Shown: piece by piece, positions 8,702 through 16,480 of the stretch
Layout: every line of letters begins with the position of its first letter
How positions within the stretch are numbered: the first letter of the stretch is position 1
NCBI GenBank assembly: GCA_963770895.1
Contig: CAVYRF010000002.1
Coordinates: forward strand, 3,072,001-3,136,000
DNA: 64,000 nt
Reading direction: 5' to 3'
DNA from: an uncultured Acidobacteriota bacterium
Lineage (GTDB): Bacteria; Acidobacteriota; Thermoanaerobaculia; Multivoradales; UBA5704
Translations under genes and position numbers: made by a program
Notes under the pieces: model-generated
What the model was told of the DNA's origin: nothing
Seen by the model: the letters and a program-made list of their open reading frames with translations, nothing else
The model's database searches: none

Positions 8702-8876
8702 CGGCGGCGTGCCCACCCCAAACAGGGCCGCGGCCAGGCTGGTCGTGGGGGTGTCGCCGGCGCTCCTTCAACGGTTTCGCAAGCGACCCTATGGCAAGGT
8801 GGCCGCCGCCGATAATAATCGCAATGCGATACAATCGACGAGGATCGATGGAACCTACCCAGGAGATGACGCGACG

Positions 8877-10745
8877 ATGGAGGCTGATGAAGCGCTACAG
8901 CGGCCGGCGCAGCAGGATGGACAGCCGCTCCGGCACAGCCGGCACTCCCCGGAGGTCGCCGGAGAGATCTCTCATCCGCGGCCGCCTCGGCCGCATGACG
9001 AGCTGGCGGACTTCAGCACCGACCGCCGGGTCCTGGTGCTTTGCGGGCTGGCGGTGGCAATCGGCGGGGTGGCGGCGCTGGTCGCCTACGTTCTGGTCTG
9101 GCTGATCGCGGTGATCACCAACCTCGCCTACTACCAGAGCTTCTCCTCTCATTTCGTGTCACCCGCCGGCAACCACCTGGGCGTCTGGGCGGTGCTGGTC
9201 CCGGTGGTGGGCGGCCTGGTGATCGGCATCATGGCGCGCTACGGGTCCGAGAAGATCCGCGGCCACGGCATCCCGGAAGCGTTGGAGGCAATCCTCATCG
9301 GCCGCAGCCGCGTCGAGCCCAAGGTCGCCGTCCTCAAGCCGGTCTCGTCGGCAATCTCCATCGGCACCGGTGGCCCGTTCGGAGCCGAGGGGCCGATCAT
9401 CATGACCGGCGGCGCCGTGGGCTCGCTCGTCGCCCAGCTCTTCGATCTCTCCTCCGCCGAACGCAAGACGCTGCTCGTCGCCGGTGCCGCGGCGGGCATG
9501 GCAGCCATCTTCGCCACACCCATGGCGGCGGTGCTGCTGGCCGTCGAGCTGCTGCTCTTCGAGTGGAAGCCGCGCAGCTTCATCCCGGTGGCCGTCGCCT
9601 CCGTCGTTGCCGCGGTCGTACGCGTGCCGCTGCTCGGCGCCGGGCCGGTCTTCCCCGTCCTCGCGCACGCCACCCTCGGTCCCGAGACGCTGGCCTTCGC
9701 CGTGGCCGTAGGATTGGCGGCCGGTCTGGCGTCGGGGGCGCTGACCACCCTCGTCTACGCTTTCGAGGATCTCTTCACCAAGCTCCCCTTCCACTGGATG
9801 TGGTGGCCGATCCTCGGCGGCCTGGCCGTAGGCATCGGCGGCCTGCTCGATCCGCGCGTTCTGGGCGTCGGCTACGACACCATCCAAGCGCTCCTCGGCG
9901 GCCATCTCGCGGGCGGTTCGGCGGCGTCGCTGCTCTTCCTCAAGGCCGTGGTCTGGTCGGTCGCCCTCGGGTCCGGCACATCGGGAGGCGTGCTCGCGCC
10001 GCTGCTCATCATGGGCGGGGCGCTGGGAGCCCTGGAGTCATCGCTCCTGCCCGTCGGCGATACCGGGCTTTGGGCCACGGTCAGCATGGCGGCGATGATG
10101 GGTGGCACGATGCGCTCGCCGCTGACGGCAATTCTCTTCACCGTCGAGCTGACGCACGACTGGAACGTGCTGCCGGCCCTCCTGGTCGCGTCCGTGGCGG
10201 CGCACGGCGCGACCGTTCTCCTTTTGCGGCGCTCGATCCTCACCGAGAAGGTCGCCCGGCGCGGTTACCACCTGTCGCGCGAGTACACCGTCGACCCCTT
10301 CGAGATCCACCGGATCGGCGAGGTCATGGACCACGATCCCGTGACCATCCTGGAAACCATGACCGTGGGCGAGCTTTCCGCCCGTATCGCCGCCGGCGAT
10401 CCCGCGTTGACCGGCCGCCAGGGTGTGCCTATCGTCGACGCGCACGGCGAGCTGGCGGGGATCATCACCCGCAGTGACATCATGCGGGCCATGGAGGGTG
10501 AACCCGGCAGGGAGGCGAGCGTCCTCGACGCCGGCACCCGCGACCTCGTCGTCGCCTACCCCGACGAGCTCCTGCGTGACGCCGTGGCGCGCATGCTGGG
10601 GCGCGACATCGGCCGCCTCCCGATCGTCAACCGGCACCATCCCCGCCGGCTGGTCGGCTATCTCGGCCGAGCCGGCATCATGCGAGCGCGCGTGCACCTC
10701 TACGAAGAGGAAAACCTGCGCGAGCGGGGACTCGGCGCCAGCTGA
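8877..10745 (+). CDS. CLC family chloride channel/antiporter with C-terminal CBS pair
   Basis: GHGIPE, GGPFGAEGP and GTSGGVLAP motifs, many TM helices, two CBS domains and an AGGAG upstream. Confidence 0.93.
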   Translation: MEADEALQRPAQQDGQPLRHSRHSPEVAGEISHPRPPRPHDELADFSTDRRVLVLCGLAVAIGGVAALVAYVLVWLIAVITNLAYYQSFSSHFVSPAGNHLGVWAVLVPVVGGLVIGIMARYGSEKIRGHGIPEALEAILIGRSRVEPKVAVLKPVSSAISIGTGGPFGAEGPIIMTGGAVGSLVAQLFDLSSAERKTLLVAGAAAGMAAIFATPMAAVLLAVELLLFEWKPRSFIPVAVASVVAAVVRVPLLGAGPVFPVLAHATLGPETLAFAVAVGLAAGLASGALTTLVYAFEDLFTKLPFHWMWWPILGGLAVGIGGLLDPRVLGVGYDTIQALLGGHLAGGSAASLLFLKAVVWSVALGSGTSGGVLAPLLIMGGALGALESSLLPVGDTGLWATVSMAAMMGGTMRSPLTAILFTVELTHDWNVLPALLVASVAAHGATVLLLRRSILTEKVARRGYHLSREYTVDPFEIHRIGEVMDHDPVTILETMTVGELSARIAAGDPALTGRQGVPIVDAHGELAGIITRSDIMRAMEGEPGREASVLDAGTRDLVVAYPDELLRDAVARMLGRDIGRLPIVNRHHPRRLVGYLGRAGIMRARVHLYEEENLRERGLGAS

Positions 10746-10782
10746 AACGCCGCGCGGCGCCGAGCCTGCCCTCGCACCGACC

Positions 10783-10842
10783 CCAGCGGCCTGGCCTGGA
10801 AGATCCCCGGCCGCACCGGCAGCCCCGGCCGCACCGGCAGCC
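10783..10842 (+). repeat. Intergenic copy of 6469-6506 running into an 18-bp tandem duplication
   Basis: 38-bp exact match at 10783-10820, and CCCCGGCCGCACCGGCAG twice at 10805-10822 and 10823-10840. Confidence 0.9.
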
Positions 10843-10853
10843 ATGGCGGGTAC

Positions 10854-10885
10854 TTGACTCTGTACATGGGTACGGGGTTTATGCT
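10854..10885 (+). promoter_or_regulatory. MerR-type promoter/operator
   Basis: TTGACT-CTGTACATGGGTACGGGGT-TTATGCT has a long 19-20 bp spacer containing the dyad CTGTAC-N4-GTACGG. It closely resembles the classical mer operator TTGACTCCGTACATGAGTACGG. Confidence 0.85.
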
Positions 10886-10892
10886 CGTGTCG

Positions 10893-11120
10893 ATGAGATT
10901 GCCGACCTCGCTGCTGACGATAGGACAGCTTGCCAAGCAGGCAGGCGTCGGGATTGAGACCGTTCGCTTCTACGAGCGCCAGGGCTTGCTCCTGGAGCCG
11001 CTTCGTCAGGGTGCGGGCGGTTACCGGCGCTATCCCGCGGAGAGCCTGAGCCGCTTGCGTTCGTTACGCAGTTCTGGGATGCCAAGGCACTTACAGGCCG
11101 ATGGTTCATGGAAAATGTGA
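10893..11120 (+). pseudogene. Truncated MerR-family regulator (HTH only)
   Basis: LTIGQLAKQAGVGIETVRFYERQGLL...GYRRY...LSRLR, after which the similarity stops at about 11062. There is no dimerisation helix or metal-binding Cys. Confidence 0.8.
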
Positions 11121-11302
11121 CGCATCGGGGACGGACCGGAGAGGTGGAGTGGGACGCTTACTTCCTATACCCTGCCGAGGCCAGATGGGTTTCTGTCCCG
11201 ACGCCTTTGACCAGCTGGGGCCGAACGGTGCTCGGTAGCGGCGAGGCGCTGAGGCAAAACCTCCTATCCCTCCTGAGCCCTGGCCATGGACTGTCGCCGT
11301 GA
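11063..11302 (+). pseudogene. 3' remnant of a probable redoxin/thioredoxin-like hypothetical gene
   Basis: This frame reads VTQFWDAKALTGRWFMENV...EWDAYFLYPAEARW...SWGRTVL, begins abruptly at the merR break and overlaps the next start (GTGA). The family call is from recollection only. Confidence 0.45.
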
Positions 11303-11820
11303 ACGTAGATGATTGCTGCCCAAGCTCGGGCGGCCCGGCGCCAGGGCTCCGCTGTCCCCTTTCTGGCGGCGCCGGAGAGCGGGTGCCATGGCGCACCGTC
11401 GCCGCTCTGATCGCCGGCGCCATTCCACCGAAGCAGGATTTCTGGCTTTGTCCTGATCCGATGTGCGAGGTGGTCTATTTCGGCGCCTTTGGCCAGCTCG
11501 TAACGCTCTCCGAGCTGCGCGTCCGCCCAGGTCTGAAAAATGGCGGGGAGCTGCTCTGCTATTGCCTGCAATTCCGCAAGCAAGACTTGCAGCTGGAAGC
11601 TCCTGGTGCCGCGAGCAAGGTCCTGGAACAGATTACGGCACTGGTGAAGGCCGGGGGGTGCGCTTGCGAGGTGCGCAATCCCAGCGGGAAATGCTGTCTC
11701 CGGGACGTCAGGAAATTCGCACGCGAAGCTGCCGACGCCCGAGCCCGCGGCGGCCCCGCTCCGGCCGGCAGCGCCCTCGACACGGCGGGCGTCGAGGCGT
11801 TATTTTGGCGCCAGGGCTGA
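11299..11820 (+). CDS. Cys-rich metallochaperone (CopZ N-terminal Zn-binding plus BFD-like [2Fe-2S] domain)
   Basis: CP.SG, FWLCPDPMCEVVYF, LCYC and CACEVRNPSGKCCL motifs. Confidence 0.85.
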   Translation: MNVDDCCPSSGGPAPGLRCPLSGGAGERVPWRTVAALIAGAIPPKQDFWLCPDPMCEVVYFGAFGQLVTLSELRVRPGLKNGGELLCYCLQFRKQDLQLEAPGAASKVLEQITALVKAGGCACEVRNPSGKCCLRDVRKFAREAADARARGGPAPAGSALDTAGVEALFWRQG

Positions 11821-11827
11821 CGATGAG

Positions 11828-12121
11828 CTATTGGGCGAGCTCGATGATGAGGTGATCCATCGGCACGAAGAGGTAGAGCTTGGGGGTGGGGGCGCTTTTC
11901 ACCAGGAAGGTGACCAGGTCGACACCGACGTTGGTGACGCAGGTGACGCCTTCACCGACGATGAATTCGTACATGCCTTCGTGCTTGACCATGGTGCCGC
12001 AGGCGTTGTGGAAGCCTTGCCAGAGCTGCTGCTGGCTGTTGACGACGGGCGCCTGGCCCTGGCACAGGGTGGCGGCGGACAGGGACAGCAGGACCAGCGT
12101 CCAAAGAGTTCTGCGCAGCAT
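11828..12121 (-). CDS. Small secreted hypothetical protein (97 aa)
   Basis: AAGGAG RBS, signal peptide MLRRTLWTLVLLSLSAATLCQG and host-like codon usage. Confidence 0.7.
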   Translation of the reverse strand: MLRRTLWTLVLLSLSAATLCQGQAPVVNSQQQLWQGFHNACGTMVKHEGMYEFIVGEGVTCVTNVGVDLVTFLVKSAPTPKLYLFVPMDHLIIELAQ

Positions 12122-12303
12122 GGAAGCTCCTTTCGTCGCTCGACGAGCGTGCGGCACTTCCTTCACCCTGGATCAACGCCGCGAGTCCGCGCGGCGTTCC
12201 GGCCCCGGCGCAGGCTGGATCCCTGACGCCGGGATCCGGGTGTGGGGAAGGGATACGCAAGGGTGAGGGGAGAGGCTGGAACGAGACACCCGGGGATCAC
12301 TTG

Positions 12304-14550
12304 CTAACCAGGTCGGCGCCCTCGAGCGTTCTTCCGTTCAGCACGGCCCTTTGTCTTGGCCAAGGAGCGCGTCGCCGTCGCAACCAGGTCTCGGAGAGCC
12401 GGCTCCGGGTCCTTGCCGAAGCGTTGGATTACCTGCGAGTACGCCGCGGCAGCAGCCTCCGGCTGTTTTGTCGCGCCCAGGACAATTCCCTGATTGACGA
12501 GCGCCGCGGCGACTAGCTCACGCAGAGCTGGTTCCGGCGCGTCACCGAAACGCTGGACCACCTGCGAGTATGACTCGACTTCGGCATCTACCTTGCCTGC
12601 CTGGCCGAGGGCGACGCCCTGATTGAAGAGCGCATTCGCTACGTCTTCGCGGAGCGCTGGCTCGGGGCTGTCACCGAAACGCTTGAGGACTTCCGACCAC
12701 GCATGGAGCGCAGCCTTGTGCTTGCCCTCCTCGCTAAGGGCGATGCCCCTGTTGAGGAGCGCCATGGCGACCAGATGGCGGAGAGCTGGCTCGGGAGCGT
12801 CGCCGAAGCGACGCACAACCTGGGCGTACACGGCGGTCTGCGGCTTCCCTACTTCGCCGAGGGCAGCTCCCTGGTTGACGAGCGCACTTGCGACTTGCTC
12901 GCGCAGGGCTGGCTCGGGCGCATCGCCGAAGCGCCTGACGACCTGCGACCACGCTGCTAGCGCAGGCTCCGGCTTTCCCGCATCGAATTGAACGGTGCCC
13001 AGGTTGAAGAGCGCCTTGGCCACCTCCACCCGAAGAGCTGGTGCCGGGTCATCGCCGAAGCGCTGGACCACTTGCGACCAAGCCTCGATCGCGGCCTCCG
13101 GCCGGCCTAGCCGATACAGGCAATATCCCTTCCCGCCTAGAGCTCTCGCGGCGGATGCTGACCAGGCATTGCGGTCCGGGCTCCCGCTTGCGAGGGCGCT
13201 TTCGGCCAGGCGATTCCATATCTTGCAGACCCCGAGGCCAAGGTCCCCGGCCAGGTCGGCCAGGGCCAGGTAGGTCGTCCTGAGCGCTTCGTCGAGCTCC
13301 TTGCGTTGATCCTCGGCCAAAGCCGCGACCTCGATTTCCTTTGCGGCGCGAGCGGCGATCGGGTATGCCGAGCGCCGGACCGCGTCGCTCACCTGTCGCA
13401 GAGCCTCGGTCGCCTTACGCTGCGCCGCCGAGTCGCCCAGACGCCTCGACTTTTCGAGCTCCATGCCGACCCGGACGCGGTCCAAGACCTCGCCAATCAG
13501 GTAAAGGTGCCCGGAAGCGTCTTCAGGGTCGAGGTTGTTCACCAGATATTGCAGGAAGAATTCAAGCGGTTCGGCCGTGAGGTGAGGAGCTTTCAGGTCG
13601 AGCTTCTGAATAAACGCTTCGAAGACGTCACGCGCGCGCAGCGTTCGTTCGCGGGCCAATCCGCCGGCGCTCCCCCGCTCGCCGCGCAGCGCCTCGACGC
13701 CTCCTCGCCGCGGGCGCTCTGCCGGTTCGCCCCCCGTCGCGACGGCAGCCTTCGACGGTAGAACCAGCCGGACGCTCGCATGGTTGCGAAGCCACGCTGG
13801 CAGGCTCTCCGCCACGGCGCGCTGGTAGCAGAACCAATACAGGTTGAACGGCAAGGTGGGTTGCTGGAGACGACGCCGCACGGCGGTCATGAGGACATCG
13901 CCTTCCCATCCCGAGTAGCCCACCACCAAGGGTGAGCGCTCGGCCAGGACGCGTTCGAGGAGCTGTCCCATGCTGACGCTGTCGGTCAGGTCGTGGCGCG
14001 CCTGGCCTTCGATCTCACCACGCAGGTTGCAGCAGTCATAGAACCAGTGTGTGCCGTGCACGTGGACGATCTGAAGATCGGGCCGCCCGGGATCGATGCG
14101 CTGCGTAGTCTTCGGGTGGTCGCAGACGATCACCTCGTGCCCAAAGAGGCGCAAGGCTCGGGTCAACATCTCGTCGAAGTTGGGAGTAAAGACCAGCTTG
14201 GTGATAGTCCCTTCACTCAGCAGGTGAGCAAGGCGGAGGTTGGCGGCGGAGATCCGGGCCGTGTGCAGGTGCTGATGCAGGAAGGCTCGGCGGTCGTCGG
14301 CCTGTTCGAACGCCATCGCGAAGCAGCCTTCGTAGCGGTCGAGAGGAGAGCCTCCCGCAGAGGGCGGAGTGCGCCCCTGGTCCGTAATCTCCTTGCGGCA
14401 CATCTGCTCGATTCCCGTCGCAAGCGGGATAGGCGGATGCGAGACACCTGCGCCGACAATAAAGAAGAACGGAGAGGCACCATTCGCAGGCCTCCTGCGA
14501 GTTGCGCGGACGATCTGGTCGACGGCTGACGACAGGTCGAGTTCAGTCAT
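12304..14550 (-). CDS. SIR2-like (SIR2_2) NAD-binding domain plus C-terminal TPR array
   Basis: FFIVGAGVS, VFTPNFDEML, IVHVHGT and LVVGYSGWEGD sirtuin-fold motifs, followed by six TPR-like repeats. Start set at MTELDL (14550). Confidence 0.9.
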   Translation of the reverse strand: MTELDLSSAVDQIVRATRRRPANGASPFFFIVGAGVSHPPIPLATGIEQMCRKEITDQGRTPPSAGGSPLDRYEGCFAMAFEQADDRRAFLHQHLHTARISAANLRLAHLLSEGTITKLVFTPNFDEMLTRALRLFGHEVIVCDHPKTTQRIDPGRPDLQIVHVHGTHWFYDCCNLRGEIEGQARHDLTDSVSMGQLLERVLAERSPLVVGYSGWEGDVLMTAVRRRLQQPTLPFNLYWFCYQRAVAESLPAWLRNHASVRLVLPSKAAVATGGEPAERPRRGGVEALRGERGSAGGLARERTLRARDVFEAFIQKLDLKAPHLTAEPLEFFLQYLVNNLDPEDASGHLYLIGEVLDRVRVGMELEKSRRLGDSAAQRKATEALRQVSDAVRRSAYPIAARAAKEIEVAALAEDQRKELDEALRTTYLALADLAGDLGLGVCKIWNRLAESALASGSPDRNAWSASAARALGGKGYCLYRLGRPEAAIEAWSQVVQRFGDDPAPALRVEVAKALFNLGTVQFDAGKPEPALAAWSQVVRRFGDAPEPALREQVASALVNQGAALGEVGKPQTAVYAQVVRRFGDAPEPALRHLVAMALLNRGIALSEEGKHKAALHAWSEVLKRFGDSPEPALREDVANALFNQGVALGQAGKVDAEVESYSQVVQRFGDAPEPALRELVAAALVNQGIVLGATKQPEAAAAAYSQVIQRFGKDPEPALRDLVATATRSLAKTKGRAERKNARGRRPG
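12382..13149 (-). repeat. Six tandem 43-aa TPR-like repeats (one is 41 aa)
   Basis: Consensus A.AL.N.G..L...GK.EAA..AWSQVV.RFGDAPEPALRE.V. Confidence 0.9.
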
Positions 14551-14697
14551 ACAGTTGCAGCGCAAAAGTTTATCGTAGCACGTCCATAATCGAACTCGGG
14601 CAACCGCGAACCGGTTTGCCCGGCGGGGGTGCGCCGCGATAGCCTGCGGCGAACAGGGGCGGGCGGGGGCTTGCGCGCCGCGCGTCAAGGAGGCAGG

Positions 14698-15201
14698 TTG
14701 AGCACCGAAAACCCGTCTGTAGATGTTGATCCGGCGTGGGGCTTTCTGCGGCATGCGGTGGCGACGGTCGCCTATCGCGGCGGCAAGGTGCTGCGCGGTG
14801 TCACCGCCGAGTTTGGCGAGTTCGTGCCGGCGCCCGGCGTGCGGTCGCCGCGGGCGCTGGTCGCCCATATCGGCGATCTGTTTCATTGGGCGCTGGGGCA
14901 GTTGCAGGGCAACCCGGAGTGGAAGCCGGCGGCGCCGCTGCCTTGGGATCAGGAGGTGGAGCGCTTCTTCTCCACGCTGACGGCCTTCGACCGGCGGCTT
15001 GCCGCCGGCGGCACGCCTGCCGTGCCGCTGGAGCGCCTGCTGCAGGGGCCGGTTGCGGACTCCCTGACCCATGTCGGCCAGCTGGCGATGATGCGCCGGC
15101 TGGCCGGCGTCCCGATGCGCAGCGAGAACTACGTCCGTGCCGACATCGTGCCCGGCCGGGTGGGCGCCGAGCAGACCGCGCCGTCGCGCGAGTTCGACTG
15201 A
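14698..15201 (+). CDS. DinB/YfiT-like four-helix-bundle hypothetical protein
   Basis: AAGGAGG RBS before TTG, and the motifs LRHAVATVAYR, LVAHIGDL and THVGQLAMMRRLAG. Confidence 0.7.
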   Translation: MSTENPSVDVDPAWGFLRHAVATVAYRGGKVLRGVTAEFGEFVPAPGVRSPRALVAHIGDLFHWALGQLQGNPEWKPAAPLPWDQEVERFFSTLTAFDRRLAAGGTPAVPLERLLQGPVADSLTHVGQLAMMRRLAGVPMRSENYVRADIVPGRVGAEQTAPSREFD

Positions 15202-15289
15202 CCCGCGGCGCGGCGGCGCGCGGCCGCCGCTGCCACCGGCGCCCGCGGATGCGCCGGTGCGCAGCCGTTTCCCCTTTGCCCACCCACCC

Positions 15290-16480
15290 ATGAGAACCAT
15301 CAAAGCCTACGGCCCGGCCGGCCTGGGGAACCTCGCCGCGGGCTTCGACACCCTGGGTGCGGCTCTGGCACCGGTAGCTCAAGCCGGGCCGGCGGGCCGC
15401 GCTGGGGGGGCCGGCGTGGCTGGCGATGATGGCCTGGGAATCGTTGGGGTGGGCTTGGACTCTCCGGGCGTGGCGCTGCCACTGGTTGCTCAGGACGAGG
15501 CGGCGGGTCGCGCCGGGGGCACCGGCGTGCCTGGCGATCGCGGTGTGTTTGGCGATGACGGCGAGCCCCGCATTGGCGGCATCTCCGGCGATGCGGGCGT
15601 GGTTGCCGGTGGCGGCGGCTTGCTGTGGGGCGACGTGGTGGAGGTCACCGAACAGGAGGCGGGGGCGGGCATCTCGCTCACCTGCGATGGGCCGTTCGCC
15701 CACATGCTGCCGGCGGACCCGCGGGACAACCTGGCGATGGGGGCGTGTGCGGCGTTCGCGCGGCGGTGGGGGCGGGATTTGCCGGCGTGCCACGTGCGGC
15801 TGCACAAGGGGCTGCCGGTGGGGAGCGGCCTGGGGTCGAGCAGCGCCACGATCGTCGCCGTGCTGCGCGCGTTGAATGCGCTGACCGGCGAGCCGCTGGG
15901 CGATGCGCTGCTGCTGGAGGCGGCGGCGGAGGCGGAGGCGGGGCCCGCCGGCGGCCTGATCCTGGACAACGTGGCGGCGTCGCTGCTGGGCGGGCTGCAG
16001 CTGGTGGACGCTGCCGGCGGCGCGCACCGGCTGCCTTTCCCGGCGGAGCTGCGCTTCGTGTTGGCGAGCCCGGAGCTCACCCTGACGACGCGCGCGGCGC
16101 GCTCGGTGCTGCCGGCGGCGGTGCCGCTGGCGCTGGCGGTGGCCCATGCGCAGAACCTGGCGGCGCTGGTGCACGCCCTGCACGGCGGCGACCGCGCCCT
16201 GCTGCGCGCCTGCCTGGGCGACCGCCTGGCGGAGCCCAGCCGGGCGCCGCTGATTCCGGGCTTTCACCAGGTGCAGGCGGCGGCGCTTGCGGCGGGGGCC
16301 TGGGGGTGCAGCCTGTCGGGCGCCGGGCCGGCGATGTTCGCCCTGGCCGAGACGGCGGCGGCGCCGGCGATCGGCGCCGCCATGGAGCAGGCATGGGCGG
16401 CCGCGGGCGTCCCGGCGCGGATCACGGTCTGCGTGCTGGATCACGTGGGCGCGCGGGTGCTGGAGGACCGGTGCGGCTGA
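15290..16480 (+). CDS. thrB: Homoserine kinase with a long Gly-rich insertion
   Basis: GNLAAGFDTLG, GHMP motif LHKGLPVGSGLGSSSA, DNVAASLLGG and LSGAGP. Adjacent to thrC. Confidence 0.9.
   Translation: MRTIKAYGPAGLGNLAAGFDTLGAALAPVAQAGPAGRAGGAGVAGDDGLGIVGVGLDSPGVALPLVAQDEAAGRAGGTGVPGDRGVFGDDGEPRIGGISGDAGVVAGGGGLLWGDVVEVTEQEAGAGISLTCDGPFAHMLPADPRDNLAMGACAAFARRWGRDLPACHVRLHKGLPVGSGLGSSSATIVAVLRALNALTGEPLGDALLLEAAAEAEAGPAGGLILDNVAASLLGGLQLVDAAGGAHRLPFPAELRFVLASPELTLTTRAARSVLPAAVPLALAVAHAQNLAALVHALHGGDRALLRACLGDRLAEPSRAPLIPGFHQVQAAALAAGAWGCSLSGAGPAMFALAETAAAPAIGAAMEQAWAAAGVPARITVCVLDHVGARVLEDRCG

Noticed and set aside
8861-8900. Fluoride-riboswitch-like words (GGAGATG...GCTGATGA..CTAC) upstream of a CLC gene
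   Set aside because: The pseudoknot and P1 pairings cannot be formed, the segment overlaps the likely RBS and start, and the CLC lacks fluoride-type signatures (GNNLI, GREGT).
12382-13149. Regularly spaced DNA repeats resembling a CRISPR array
   Set aside because: The period is 129 bp, the repeats are degenerate at third codon positions and lie within an ORF (TPR repeats), and there are no cas genes.
14551-15303. N-terminal extension making the SIR2-TPR ORF 999 aa
   Set aside because: It overlaps the plus-strand DinB-like gene in antisense. The SIR2 domain starts just after 14550.
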